Below are positions 12,601-27,600 of a DNA stretch of 64,000 bases, piece by piece (position 1 is the stretch's first letter; every line of letters starts with the position of its first letter). Location: assembly GCF_001447785.1 (NCBI RefSeq), contig NW_015173690.1:811230-875229 (forward strand), read 5' to 3'. The notes beneath the pieces were generated by a model. The model worked only from the letters and a program-made list of their open reading frames with translations, was not told where the DNA came from and ran no database searches. Source of the stretch: Gekko japonicus. Lineage: Eukaryota. The position numbers and the translations under genes are program-made.

Positions 12601-15600
12601 TGTATCACCCTGTAATTGACCCCTCTATTGGCTATCAACCACCTCCACTTTCTTAGTTCTGCATCGTTTGCTCTTTTTGAATGCTTAGTGTGTTTGTAAT
12701 TAGGGAAATGCTTTAATAAAAACTATTTAATTTACTCTTCAAATTTGGAGTTTCCCTACTGTGCCGGACCTCACTATACAAGTGGTGTGCGATTCCTGTA
12801 TCCCTCTGGCCTATCCTGCTGCATAGCTAATTTCCCCAAACAACAAGGCAGGCCATTGTTGGTAACAAGGTGTATGCAGTATTAGCCATTACCTTCAGTG
12901 GAAAGCCAATCCACGCTTCCTTTAGAGAACACCACTAGTCCTGGTACTCTCTAAAGCTGCATGTGAAGGCCATGTGTCCTTCAAGCATGAGTAGTACTCA
13001 CAGTACGTAGCATGCAGTGTCACAAAGCGGAGGGGGAGAAAATGCTGGTTTTCCATTCACAGAGCAATCTGGAGTCTACCCACTATGAGACATAGAACTC
13101 AGAGGGTACATGTCACAGATCTGCACTGGCTGGCTAAACATAAAAATCTCCAGAAATGTTTTCCCCCATGAAAAAGAGGAGGCAAATCCTCCTCTACCTT
13201 TCCAAATGAAGCAGCATTGGTTTACACTGACCTTGAGATACTGCTGCCCATCTCTGAACTCAGCCAGTACATTCTCCAAGTTCTTACAGTTTCTACTCTC
13301 ATTTGCAAGTTTCCTCCCACAGCCTTCCTAGCCCCACCATACTCCCATACTCCCTCTCTCCTCAAGCTAATATAATCTGTCGTTTTGGCCCTAGTCAAAA
13401 GAAACCAGGACTACAAGTAAAGTGTACAAGGAATTCCACTACCAGAAGATATTAAGCTACAACAGTGAATATGACTTACCTTGTTCGGTCCTTATTTGTG
13501 GCACATGGACAGGGCTATTTGGCTCACTGGCAACAGGCATCCCTTTATTCCGAGACAAGGAAACCGAGATCTCATCAGCTTGGCTTTGGTACATCAGTTG
13601 CCTCTGGTGCAACCTAAAGACAACAATTAGAGACTGGCTTGGTTTTGCTAACCATGGACCATATTGGCACTGTTTTTCCGGAATAGCTAAATTAGCAAAC
13701 ATGAGTAATACAGGTCTTTCTTATGAGAGCCACTGTGTCAATGTTTTGGACTAGGGGAGGCCTACTCACTGCAAAACTCACGGAGTGACACAGGGCCAGT
13801 CGTTCTCTTCCTCCTAACCTGTTACTGTGAAGGTGGAAAGAATTTAAAAAAAAAAAGGTGGAGAGATTCACGTAGGCAGCTCTGGGTTTCTTAGTGGAAA
13901 AGCAGGATAAAAAATGAACTAAAATAAATTCTGTAATCTCTTGAACACGAAAAGACAATTCACAGTTATTATAGCTAGTGGTATGTGGGCTGAAGTTGCC
14001 ACATCAACTAGGTTATCCTTTCGGTACTTCTGCTGCAGAAAACTGTTCCCTATTTTATTAAGTTACTTATTGTGTTCTTACCTTTGCTTATGTAGTATTT
14101 TTTCCAGTTTGGCATCCTCTGCAGTTTGGAGTCCAAACATAGTGGTAAGAGGGCAAACACTGGCAAGGTAATGTACTAATGAAACATGCTGGCCTGGGCG
14201 AAAAGATCTTCCCTTTCCTTGACTGTAAAGCCACTCTGCTTTCAAACTAGAGGGAAGTAAAAGAACAACACCTATAGCAGCAAAAGTATTTATTTAAAAA
14301 AATTATTCAAAAATACACACAGCATTACTCTAATCAATTGTGGACTTAAGAGGCCTTGCATTCATTACAATTTTTCAATACTGTTAGGTTTTCTGGTCAT
14401 GTGACCTTCCCAGGCCCTCAGGGAGGCCTCTTTAACAAGTTCTTAATAGAGGATTTTTCCCTAAAAGAGGGTGGGACTAATCTTTCCCTTCCATCCTAGA
14501 ACTCCAGGAAGTTCAGGATTGGCCTTGCCCATTTTAATATGTGTGTGCATGTGTGTGTATGCGTGCATGTGCACCTGGAAGTCATGGCGACCTCTGGTGA
14601 CTGACCCCTACTGGGGGGCCTGGAGGATATAAAGCCTACCCCCCCTCTGGTATTTCAAGGAGGTGCCGCATCCAAGTACTTGCCAGAGTCCACCCTTGGG
14701 CTTCCCTGGGCTATCCAGGTCAGGGTGGCCCCTGCCCATTTTGAAGGGGATACGATAACCTAAGGAAAGGGTAGGGATCTGTGAGTAACCCTCCTCCTCC
14801 AAAGCTCTGTATGCATTCCCCTGGGATTGGTTAGCAGGGTGGCTGCTGCTAGTGGGATGTATGCTTGCAGGCTAGGGAATCACAGGCCATGCCAGCCTGT
14901 TCTAGCAAAGGACTAAGGGGCATATTTAAGGAATCAGTTCAGGTGTGGTAGGGAACCTTTATTTGTTTTCATTTGCCTGGCAACCTTAAACCCATAACAG
15001 TGCTTATGAGAAGAGTTACTAGCAGGTTTTCTGTACTTTTTGGCTTTTCCATTCTAAATGAAATCTTAAAATAAATAAAACCTTTTAAAACTTTGCAATG
15101 GTTTCTTTGTATTCCTCAGACTCTGTGGCTGATTCAGGCAGCTCCTCCTTGGAATAAAAGGAGTTCTGCCAGTGGAATTCAAGGAGAAAGAGAGAGGGAT
15201 AACCTGGGCCCCTCTTAAGCAAAGGCAAAGCCTGGTTGATGGCTTAACTAACCCCCCCCCCAAGGAATTAAGCAGGGCTTGCGGAAAGGAAGCAAAAGGG
15301 GGGGGGACAGGGAAGTCCACTATGCAAGAAAGGTGCTCCAGCTGATCCCTCCCTACTCCAGAGCCCCTGCTTCCATGACAGTTACACAATAAAAGTAAAA
15401 TAATGCAATAAATAAACCATCAGTACAAACAAATCTATTTAGCAACACACCAGCAACAATTACGGGAAAACAAAGCTTGTAGTCTAATTCATGGTTTTAA
15501 TTAGTTGGGTATGTTTAGCCTGGGAAAGAGAAGGCTTAGAGGGGACATGATTGCAGTCTTCAAGTAGAAGATGAAGCAGATCTATTCTCTCTCACTCCGG

Positions 15601-18600
15601 ATTGCAAGACTAGATCTAATGGGTGGAAATTACAAGGGAGTCGTTACCGGCTAAATATCAGGAGAAACTTCCTAACTGTAAGAGTGGTTGAGCAGTGGAA
15701 CAGACTGCCTCAGGAGATGGTGGATGCTCCTTCGCTGGATGTTTTCAAGCGGAGGCTGGATGACCATCTTTCGGGTATGTTGTAGGTATGTAGGGCTATC
15801 TTTCAGTATACTCCTGCAGAGTGCAAGGGGTTGGACTAGATGACCTGCAAGGTCCCTTCCAACTCTAACATTCTATGATTAAATGGTGGAAAGAATATAA
15901 AGACATTATAAGGTAGGCTTCTGTCTGCAGGGAACTTGAAAAAGTCAACTATCAAGAAAGCTATGTTCTTCCAGCTTCCCACCAATCTCACCTCATAAAA
16001 GGAAGAGGGACTCTCCAGGCAAACACATCCAGAAGATGATAAAACATGGACCTAGCCACAAATGCAATGTAGGAATCACACACTTTCATTCTATTTCTGT
16101 ACTAGCCAACACCAAGGAAAACATTCATATCTTAGACTTTACAGTTGAAAGACAGTAGATCATATAAAATTAGTTAACATCTGAATAATCCTGATGACAG
16201 GGTCAAGGATTTTCAAGCAGTTTGTCCACCTTCTCAGAAGAAACAAACTGAAATTGATCAAATTCTATCAGATAAACTTCAGCCACTGCCACCAGAAAAG
16301 CTGTAACAGTAGTGCTAGGGTGGATTTGATTTAAAATAGTCAGTAATATTAGATTTAAATCATAGTTTTCTACATAGACTTGTAGGAGATACCCAGGGTT
16401 CATATAATTTTCTACTGATTATTGCTGATACACAGGAATCTTTGGGGAAAAGTCTTTGGGACTCTCCTGGAAGAATTGGACTGTTTAAGCCACTAAATAG
16501 CATTATGAAAGGAGGTGTTTTAAATCAAACTTAATTGACATGTTCCAGCCCTTGCTTCCTAGTAAAGCTAATTTTAAATAGGGAGGAAACTGCAGGTGTT
16601 TCTGCCCGGTTAACTTTGCCAATTTTCAATTAGGAACTGTCAATTTTTAAGATTTATGAGAACCTCCCTACTTCAGAGAATGAGTTCAGAAGTTTATTTC
16701 AGCTTCTGATTTTCAGTAATTTTAAATGACGAAACATCAAAGAGGCTTCTCTTTCCCCGAGTTTGGAATACTCTAACATATTAATATTGAATTATTAGAG
16801 TCTATAAGCAATATCTATATATATGTTTGCCTTTTCAACCTGTTTTAAAGAGGAAAAGACTTTGTTGGTTTATATAGACACTTAAATGAACTGGACTAGT
16901 GTAAAAGCACCACAGTAATTAATTGTCAGTTAAGAGATTTATGGTTATATAAAAACTGACCTGGCAAGGATCCACAAGCTAAGTGAAAAGGATGTCAAAC
17001 TTAATAGGGTTAAATAAAGTTCAGTTGTACTTTCCATACAAAATAAATATAAGTATTTAAGGGTGCTTATAATTGTTAAAAGGTAAAATATCTCTGAATG
17101 TTTATAGCTGAGAATGAAAGCTTATGGATAAAATGTTTTTGTATGTTGACTGAAAAAGAGAAAACTAGTTAAGCTTTAAGGAATTGTGTTTGAAATTATC
17201 AACCGGAAAATTGGGAGATGTTCCAAAAGGTTTAAGAAAACAAAGTAATCAATCATGCACACCTGTTCATTAAGAAGTTCAGGTGGGTCTTAAATCATAG
17301 ACACCAGAAGTCAATTAAAAAAAGAAATACTTGTATTATAAAAGGGTGACTCCTGCTGGCTAAAAAAGGTGGTGTATTTTACAAATTAAAAGTTTGATTT
17401 AGATTTTAAAAGGCTTTATAAAATGTACCAAAATAAAGACAGATAGATTCAGTGCATCTACGAGAGCTTTATGCCATAGGCTACTTTAAAACACTAAAAG
17501 ACTTCATAGCCGCTCTGAGACTCCAAGTGAAGGGCAGGGTATAAATCCAATCTCTTCTCTTCTTCTTATACTTTTATATGCATGAATTAATGTAAAAGAA
17601 CCATTTTTGTAATGAAAACATCTAAGTTTTGTACTGGAAATGAACTCAACCTGAGAGTTCATTCAAAGGTGAAAGGACTCTGGGAAGGCAGCCAAAAGAA
17701 GTAAACAAAAATATAAATCAGCATAATGAGCAGTGCACCTGCATTGTAGGAGTTGAGATGCGGCCAAGTAACATCCTGTGTGTCAAAGATGTGATTGATG
17801 GCTGACCAGACAAAGAAAACTGAACTGAGCATGCCTAAATGATGTCAGTGATGATGTAAAGTGAGGAGGAGCAAGAAGAGCATATAAGCAAGCTCCCGGC
17901 TGTAACACATAGAACATCTACACTGAATTTTACCTGTGAGGTGTTCCTTATTCGAATAAATTCTTTTGTTACCCTTTACTGCCTGGATAATTGTTTTACT
18001 GTGTGGTTTATCGGCTAGCCACACAAGTCAAAGAACCTTAGAGCCCTCAGGGCGTTGGCAGCAGACTCATTCTTGCTGGTATAATCTTAAGTGTTTCCAT
18101 TTTGCATGCCTGCCTGCCTTACCCATAGGTAGAGGAACTTCATTAAAATATTCCCAAACTGGGTCTCCTTTACAGCCTGCTGCCATTATAGGTTTTCTCC
18201 TCCAGGGAGAGAATAATATGATAAACCACAGGCTATATACACAAAGATCCCAAGACTTGTGGAGTATTTTGTTCCAAAGGTTTCACTTTCATTTTTATAG
18301 CTTGCCCCTCCCTTCTCACACTTAGCTCCTTGTGCAGATCTAGTCCACTCCACTTCTTGAAACTTAGCACTTAAGAGGTAAGTAGTTGATTCTATGTGGA
18401 TAGATTTGCTGAGGTACAATAGGATTAACACCTTTTCTCATCTCTTTATTTTATAACATTTTTGTTGTGAAGAAGAGGCATGTTATCTCTGCAGGCACAA
18501 ATTCACCGTTTTGAGAACTACAAAACCAAGCATCTAGAAAGAAAAACTGCCCCAAAAAAATCTTACAGAAACCTCTGGGAGAGCATGACTTTGTGAATGG

Positions 18601-21600
18601 ATTAATGGAATTCATTTACCAAAAAAATTAAACATTGCATGAATATACAGCCTTCATGCTACATAATTAAAAACTAATCCATATCTCATGATGAAGAACC
18701 TTTGGACTATAATGTAACTTAAATGGAAAAACTATCTTTAGATAAATTTTCCCTCAAAAAGCATTCTATTAAAAAAGTCTGATTTAAATTTTTAAAAACC
18801 CAATTTAAATTTTAAAATCCAATTTAAAAAAATCATTGATTTTTATCCACCCAGTACCAATGCTCCCTCTAAGCTGCAGAGTCTTGTGAGCAAAAATTCT
18901 ACTTTGTGAGCTACTGACATTAAAGTTGTGAGTGAGTGATTTGGCTACTGCATAAATTAATTTGCTCTGGAGCCATCCTTCCTGAGCTAAGACAAAAATG
19001 TGTGAGCTGGAGGCTAAAAAACTATGAGCTAGCTCACACTGACTCAGCTTAGAGAGAACACTGCCCGTAGTGCATCAGACCAGAACAGTTTTATCTACAA
19101 AATGTTCACAAACTGGCCAGATGAGCTGGTATGTGGTTGTTGTGACAACCAAACAACCTGATAACTGTGCTGCTGCTCTCTTTAATGCTTTGGTATCTTC
19201 ACAGAGTGTGGTACACCTTGTTCAGCTCTCTTCCCTAGGCTAATGCAAAGCTGAATACCTGAGTAGCAAGGTCAAAACAGAACCCCCATTTTATTACTTC
19301 AGGCTGTTGCTGCTGACATGATTTTATTGCTAATTTTTCACACTTTGAAGATTTCTTAACAGAAAAAGTTAAAATATTTAACCACATGAAATAGCTCTGC
19401 CAGACAGCAGTGGAAGCAAAGAATAAAGCTTTCTTTACATCAATCTCTATCACATCACAGACCTCTTAATGACAGGTGCTTGACCCAAGTTTTCAGTTAC
19501 TAGCATTCTTGCAGACTCCCGGGAAAGACCACTGCCCACAGGTACTCAGCTATGCTGCTTGGCCAAAGGATACTCAGGAGTGACTGTGTTAATGGCCAGG
19601 TCAGATACCGATTTCAGTTCAAATATGGCCAAACACAGAAACACTTGTAAAGCCAGGTGGCAAATCCCATGGAGGTTTCTGGAATGACACAGAATCCAAG
19701 AGTTCTCTAAGTCCCTAACTGTGAGATTTTGTGCTCCTGTGATCTATGCTTGACTAGGTAAGGGTGTCTCCATGTCAGTACAATGCTGAAGCTACTTCAA
19801 AGAAGTCACCAACTTCAGGGCCAGTAAGGAACATCATGTCAAGCATGCATCAAGCAATGTTGGAAGGGCCTCTGACAAAATGGGACAAGCTGGTACTTGT
19901 GTGTCACACCTCTGCAGGAGTATCAGCCTGCATACCGAAGGCCTACAGAACTAAGAGCCTGTGAGACCAGTGGAGTCCTCTTGTTAGCAAGGTGAATACA
20001 GAACTAAGAGCCTGTGAGACCAGTGAAGGAGTCCTCTTGTTAGCAGGGTGGATAGAACACTATGAGAAGAAGCAGTTTTACTCTGCTCTCTGCAAAGATC
20101 ACAGCATCATAATTCTTCAATCTCACTTTAGGATATCTGGAACAGAGGATGGTATATCTATGTCAGTGGCATACACTGTCCAATTGTCTTCCCCTGGGTT
20201 TGTGCAAAACTGAATACCTGATTGGAGCTAGCTAGGCTAATATTTAATCCCTAGCAACATTCAGCCAGATTGCAGTAAATATACAAAGGTTAGCAGGTTC
20301 TCCTAGAATTAAAGAAGGAACAAGTATGTTCAGTAACTAGACATCCAAAAGCACCCGCTGAACAGACTAGGAACAGCTGTCCAAACATTCTGTGTTCAGA
20401 ATAACTTCACTGGTTGCCTGTTGTTGGGGTTTTTTTTTGTTTTTTTGAGGGCCTGGGACCAAAGTACCTCAAGGATTGTCTGTTCCCACATGAACCTACC
20501 TAAGCATTGAGATCCTCAGTTTCTGGCTCAGGTGCTGCTACCTTTAGAGGAAGCCAGTGGCCACTTCAGTTTCACTTAGGATACCTGGATAGGGCCTATT
20601 CAGTTCAGGCACCTTGTCTATGAAACACCATGCCTTTATTTGACTACTTCCCAGTTTGGTAGAGCTTTGATGTCAGGCCAAGACTTAAAAAAAAAAACCC
20701 AACCAGATATTTAAACTAGCAGTATTACACTCTTTTATTGGTTTTAAGTTTAGTAATGACAATATGTTAAAAAATGGCTGTTTCATTGAGATTTTTTGGG
20801 CTGAGTACTTATAATATCAGTTTTAGGTGCTGTGTGTTTAATGCTGTTTTGTGCTGCCAACTGGCTTTTAATTATGGTGCTGTGGGTTTTATTGGATTAT
20901 ACTGCATTTAATTGATATTAGAAATCAACTCAAGTGATTTTAGTCAGAGAGCAGTTCAAGCCTCCATCTTGACCACAGAGCTTTCCCACTCTGACCATAT
21001 CTCCCATTGCCATCACCAAATGGAATTACTAAACCACACTCAATCCCAGCCCTCCAAATTATTTGATTGCATTTCATAAGTACCTTAAAAGTAAAGAATC
21101 TAGTTACCAAACTAATTAATGTAAGTTAAGAAATACAAGATGTTCCTAATAGACATACTTCACCAAATGGAATTACTAAACCACACTCTATCCCAGCCCT
21201 CCAAATTATTTGATTGTATTTCATAAATACCTCAAAAGTAAAGAATCTAGTTACCAAATTAATTAATGTAAGTTAAGAAGTACAAGATGTTGCCTAATAG
21301 ACATACTTTATTCTGATTTCAACACTGAGAGTTAGGGGAGAGAACGGATGATTGTGGCATTTTGATAAAGAAACTGGAGAGATGATGAATATGTTTTGTC
21401 ATATTCATTACCCACTGCTTACCTTTCTTTCTGAGAAATCACATAGCCATCAAGGACTTTAAGACTGAGACACCAACTAACAATATATGGCCGATAGTCA
21501 AATCCTGGGATGGAAGGAGTGGCCATCACACAAGGATTGTTCATAATTGACAACTGCTCCAGCTCAGAGAAAGAAGCCAAGAAGGATATCTGAAACAAAT

Positions 21601-24600
21601 AATAGCGTTGTTGATCGACTATAACTTATTTAATATCATGGGCTGTAGCTTCAATGGCTTAATTCCATTTACAAGCCAGTTTTTTTATTTTCTGTGACTT
21701 GGGTCACATGTTATGCTAAACATCATGAGTGAGTCTTGGCGCCAATGCCTGTTCCATTCCTTCACACTACAATTCCCTCCCTCTTTAACAATAGTTTGCA
21801 ATTTGGGGGCCAAGCACAATCCACAGTTTGACACTTTAGATTAACCACAAAATCAAGTTGGATCTTTTCAAAGTTCAGTTGCATCACAGCAGACAACCCC
21901 TTATCTTCTATCAAATGCTTTTGCTTCGGTTGGCAAGGAGGGAAGGCAGGGAAGTACAGGAAGCACAGCTCTACAGCACCTGCACTCATGGCTCTCCTAT
22001 GATTTCTGGTCTTTAAAACCAGAAGTCAAAGAAAATTGCAATCAGCTGCTCTGTGTTCCCTGAAGCTACATAATGTCACAGGTACACAGACAGAGAGTTA
22101 TCTCTACAAATGATAATGTAAACTGAATCCCAGACCTAACCAAATCTAATTTGTCCTAACAAAAAGTAACATATCCTCAAAATATTCTTGACAAATAATT
22201 ATCAAGAATGTAGATTCAGGTGGGTAGCCACATTGGTCTGAAGCAGCAGAACAAAGTTTGAGTCCAGTGGCACCTTTAAGACCAACAATGTTTTATTCAA
22301 GGTATAAGCTTTCATGTGCAAGTACACAATACACATCTGAAGTGTGCTTGCACACAAAAGCTTATACCTTGAATAAAATCTTGTTGATCTTAAAAGTGCC
22401 ACTGGACTCAAACTTTATCAAGAATGTATAATTCCCAAACTGGACATATGGTCACCATAATCCCATGATCATAAAACACAAGCTGTTCTTGAAGTTCTTT
22501 GCTATTAATTTTCATATTAATCTTACATAATTATATTTGATCCATAAGATGATAATCAAAGAAATATTCAAACTCTGATATTAACAATCCTGGACCACAG
22601 CTCAAACACACAAATTGACATCATGGCTTAACCTGAGCTACAGGCATTAACATATATGGATATTTGGAGGATCAAGTTAAACACAGCTTCATAAGAACAC
22701 TTCATGAATCTGGATAATTACGAGACTCAGATAAGAGGCTCAGAATATACACCTATTTTGAAATGCAATTTATATTTTAATTACAAAAATAGCATCCGTC
22801 CAACAGAATGACCTTCATTCTTCCGGAAAAATAGTTTAATTACTCTGCCCTAATTATATCTTCTTTTTGAAAATGTACAGCTGGCATCTGTTCTGTGCCA
22901 GTGAGTTTGTGTAGCTCCCCCTCTAGTTTATGGACATGAGTAGGAAACTAAAGACTGCAGTGACAATTATCTGTGCTTCATTTGAAACTTTATTTTGACC
23001 TTTCTCAAAAAGGTACCTAAAGAATGGCTCATTTGTGGTTGTTGAGAAACATTGTTCTTACCTCATTTAAGTCTCTGACTTCATTTTCTGCCAAAGAAAG
23101 AATAGCAAGACCTTGAGGTAAACAAGCAGGAGCCGTACGCAATGATGTTATGATATTTCCATGCAGCAGAAGTGTCTTGAGGGATGACAAGAGGGGAGGG
23201 AAGTACAAGAGATAGAAATTTAACAGAGTTCATTTAAATCCTTTGAGTATTTCAAAAGAGCTGCCTAAATGCATTGAAAAAACACCTCTGGCAAATAACT
23301 GTAGAACATACGAACACTAAATTGGTTGTTTACCAATACTTTATAACAAAAGAAATATTTTAACATACATGTCCATCCACTGAATCAACTGCAAAGCATG
23401 AACAGCATTTGTAGCTGGGAAATACATTATTATGTTGGCCGTATCCAACTGTCTTTGATCACTGCAAGACAGCTAAAAAGTCCTTCGTTTCATGCACTCC
23501 TCCCCTCCTATCTCTTCCATTGCACAACTGGGAAATTGAAAACCAGCTTGGAACTGTAGAATGTTCTGACACTTCAAACAGACAAAACAACAAACTGTGA
23601 TTTGCTCCCTAGCCTACAAACCAGGACTAATCTATTGCTTACAGGAAAGAGAACAAAAGTTTGCATGTGATGCCTGAATGCATCCATAAGCTTTAATGAT
23701 GAACAGCTCTCAGACAAGTAAAATACCACACACAAATAACCAAGCAACATTTACCTTCAGAGAGGAAAGCTTCGAGATATCACCTATTTGGGATATATTG
23801 TTGTCTGATAAATCTAGGTGTTGAAGTGATGTGCAGCTGTTGAGTTGATCAATCAACTACAGAAACATAAAATGTTTTTTCAGCAATCATAAACATTTAT
23901 AAAACTGTTATACATTAGTTTCTCAATGAATTAACTATAGAAAAACACTTCAGCACAGCTTCTTGCTCTTTAAATTTAAAACTATGTCAAAAAGACTGTA
24001 GGTCATATAACCATCACCCTAGGTGTTCTGAAATTCCAAGCTAAAAACAAAACAAACAAGCAAACAAAAAACCCTGCACCCACAAAAATTGGATTTAGTC
24101 ACTAGAATAAGCAATGAGACTGATTACATACTTCATTCTGGTTGCAATATTTTAAAGGATTTAAATAATTTGGAAATTTTAATACCAGGAGTAGGGCAGT
24201 AGGCCAAGAAGGAAAAATGGGATGGGGGTGGGGTGGGGGGTGTTGATGTATAGATATGTAGATAAAAATTGATGCATGAATAAGATTAGGGATTTAAGGA
24301 AAGTGGCTCTGGAAATACTGCTTAGGCAACTTCTTGTTTCTAAAGCTATTGACAATTTTCCATCTGCAAAAATAAATGCTAGAAATTATTATAAAAACAT
24401 GAATATTCTCTGGGCTAATTCAGGTATAACATTTGGCAGTATAATATGGAATGATTCCAACAATATTTTTATTGCATTTGTGTGAAAAATGATTCATTCA
24501 CAAGGGTTAAAGCTTGCTTTCTAATGACACCATATCCTACATAGAAATAGTCCACAGGATCACCTACAAAGAATTTGCATGGGCAACCCTTTCCAATATA

Positions 24601-27600
24601 GTGTTTTCCTGTGTGTGCAGCGGAGTAACAATTCCAAAAGTTATTCTGAACATGAATGATAGTAAAACAGAACAGGGTCCCGAGATATGAAGAGCCATAA
24701 CACACCACTAAAAAAATGGATTCTATGAACAGTGGTTGAGTTGTGGCCAAAAGTATTTCCCCAATTTTTAACACTGCTTGAGAAGAGCAATTTTATTCAC
24801 TGCTCTTTCAAGAGATGCATTCAATTGAATGCCCTTTACTAGTAAGGCATTTATTTTTTAGTGTAAATTTCAATGCCATGCTTTTTAAAAAGCACTCTAG
24901 CAGCTTGATGATAATAAAGCAAGCTACAATACATAATAAAAATTAAACTGGATTAAAAGTTTTATTAGTTCAAGTGGGATTAAACCACACACAATTTTTT
25001 GTTGAAATTATTAATTACATTTCTATTCTGACAGAAAATGTAAGAAAATTCACCTTTATATTATTTCCTGCCAGGTTCAGCCACTCCAAATGCACTAGAT
25101 CCTTCAGACCTTCCACATAACCAATACTGTTCTGAGGCAAGTTTAATACCCGAAGCTGGGTGAGCTTTGCTACACCCATCATCCGTACCAGCCGATTATT
25201 TGCAACAGACAACTGCAAGGTAAAAAAAGTCATTGTAGTTAAAAGGGCATAAACCAACCATGACGGCATCAGATATTGTTTCCATTCAACTGTCAATTTA
25301 TAATGTTTTGATGCTGTTCAAAAAGCTCATGACACACATTTAAGAACTTTTGAATTAATCCATAATAGAAGTACACAGTGTGGAAAATGTAACAAAGTAA
25401 AAACACAGTTGTGTTAATCACTATCTCCAAAAACTGTTAGTTACAACAACCCAAAACATTGCTTTTTGAGAAAGGATAAATTATTTCCTTGCAACATATG
25501 GATGGGACACTTTACGAGATCAATTTATCACACAAAATTTGAGGGACAGAAGTTGTGACCTTCCCTGATTCCAAAATGGTAGTACAAACCAGCCCTGACA
25601 GGACACATGATGAATACAAACCATTGTCTGTCAAGGTCAGTATTGTCTGCTCTAATAGACAAAGGTTCTCGAAGGTCTCATGGAGACTCTTTTACATCAC
25701 CCAATAGGTCATAGGTGTCAAACTCATTTGTTACGGGGGCCAGATCTGACAGACACTCTGTTGGGCCGGGTTATGTGTGCCATAAAACATAATGCCAGGT
25801 ACTGGAGATATAAACTTTATGAAGGACAGCAACTGGTAAGCTCCACGTTTATGCGTCCTCACTGCAAGGCCTCATGGACTGGGAGGGGGGTGCAGAGGAA
25901 AACCCACATGGGCGGACTGAAGAGCCAGCAGTGCAGTGCTGGACACACACTCCCATGCCCAGAGGATTGTGTGCACACACACCCCAATGCAAACACTGAT
26001 CCCTTTGGCCATCTGGGACAGCATTTCTGGAGCTGCAGGCTGAGTGGAGAGGTATGAATGAAGCTGTAGTGCCTCTGTAGTGCCTCCCAGTGAGGCTGTC
26101 CCTGAAGTGAAGGGTTCTGTTTAACTGTTGCAGATGAGGTTGCTCTCCTGGCCTGAAGCTCTGCCCGCCCACCCTGAGCAACTTCCTGTTTCCTCACACC
26201 AGGTGCTTGCGGGCTGCATAACAGCCCTGGATGGCCAGTTCCGGCCCCCGGGCCTTATGCTTGACACCCCAGCACTAAGTGATCCTTTTAACCTGAACCA
26301 GACACTGTCATTGAGCCACACCCCACCCTACTGGAGAAGCAAATTAATTCATCCACAAAAAAGGATTTCCACCAACCCAGCCTAGCTCATCAGATGGCCC
26401 CTTACTTTAATATGGCTGACCTGGCTACCTGGAACCACGCTATAGTAACCTCAAGACTAGACTACTGTGATGCATTGTAAATTAGTCTCCCCTCAAAATC
26501 AACTTGGAAACTCCAGCTGGTCCAGAATGCTACGACTTGACTATTAATGGAAACTAGATAGAGTATGCATATTACTCCTATTCTCCAGATGCTCAGTCGG
26601 CTGTCCACCTGTTACTAGGCACTGTTTAAGGTAAAGGTTTCCCTTGCTCGAAAGCCAGTCGAATCTGACTCTAGGGGGCGGTGCTCATCTCTGTTTCCAA
26701 GCTGAAGAGCCAGCGCTGTCTGAAGACTTTTTCCGTGGTCATATGGCAAGCATGGCTAAACACCGAGGCGCACAGAATGCTGTTACCTTCCCACCAAAGT
26801 GCTACCCATTTATCTACCTGCAATTCCTTGCTTTTGAATTGCTAGGTTGGCAGGAGCTGGGGCCAGAGACAGGAGCTCACTCCATCACGTGGCACTCGGG
26901 TCTCGAACTGCCTTCCGGTCTGCAGCTCAGTGTCTTAACCTCTGAGCCACCACGCCCCTCACTGTTTAAGGTACTGGCTATCATATACAAAGCCATTCAT
27001 TGCCTTGTCCCCTTTTATTTGTGGAACTGCCTCGCTCCCTTTTCTCCACCACAACAATTTCGCTCACGTCAGCAGGGGCTTCTGCAGGTCCCAACCTGCA
27101 AATGGGCAAAATCAACAACTGCCCGTACAACAACTGCTTTCTCAGTTTTGGCTCCCACCCTGTGGAACGGCTTGCCTGATGAAGTCAGGAAAGCACCCAC
27201 TCTCTTGGCCTTCTGCACACTATGCAAAACTGAACTATTCAAGAGGGAACTGCAAGGGAGGAGCCACGAGTGGCAATGTTTGGGTATGTGTGCATGTATC
27301 TGTATCTGTAACTTTGGAGACTCCAGTGAATGCAAATCTAGAAGATTTTAAAGTTGTTAACACTCCAGTGTAAAGCTTGTGAAAATCTACTGAAGAATGA
27401 CATTCTAATATGTTGAGGATGTTATATTTACCTCTCCTAAATTTTTTGATGATCTTTTCTCTAGTTTCCCCCCCCCCAGTACTTGTAAACTAAGGATAAG
27501 CTAACAAACATAGCATGAGAGTATCACAGTCATATACAACTAACCTGCATCAATTTCCTGCATTTCTCCAGGTGCTCCAATTTAATTAACTGGTTTTTAT

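Noticed and set aside
11649-12780. Solo-LTR-like segment (TG...AATAAA...CA); similar hints at ~7165-7600, ~17746-18024 and ~29470-29710
   Set aside because: No clear TSD, PBS/PPT or internal retroviral coding sequence, so boundaries cannot be supported.
19944-20050. Short direct repeats (2 x ~53 bp; also 11678-11725 and 63058-63103) that could suggest an array
   Set aside because: Simple two-copy tandem duplications without unique spacers in vertebrate DNA; not CRISPR-like.
26644-27351. 235-aa ORF
   Set aside because: Chance read-through of a Sauria SINE into an L2 RT remnant; not a host gene.
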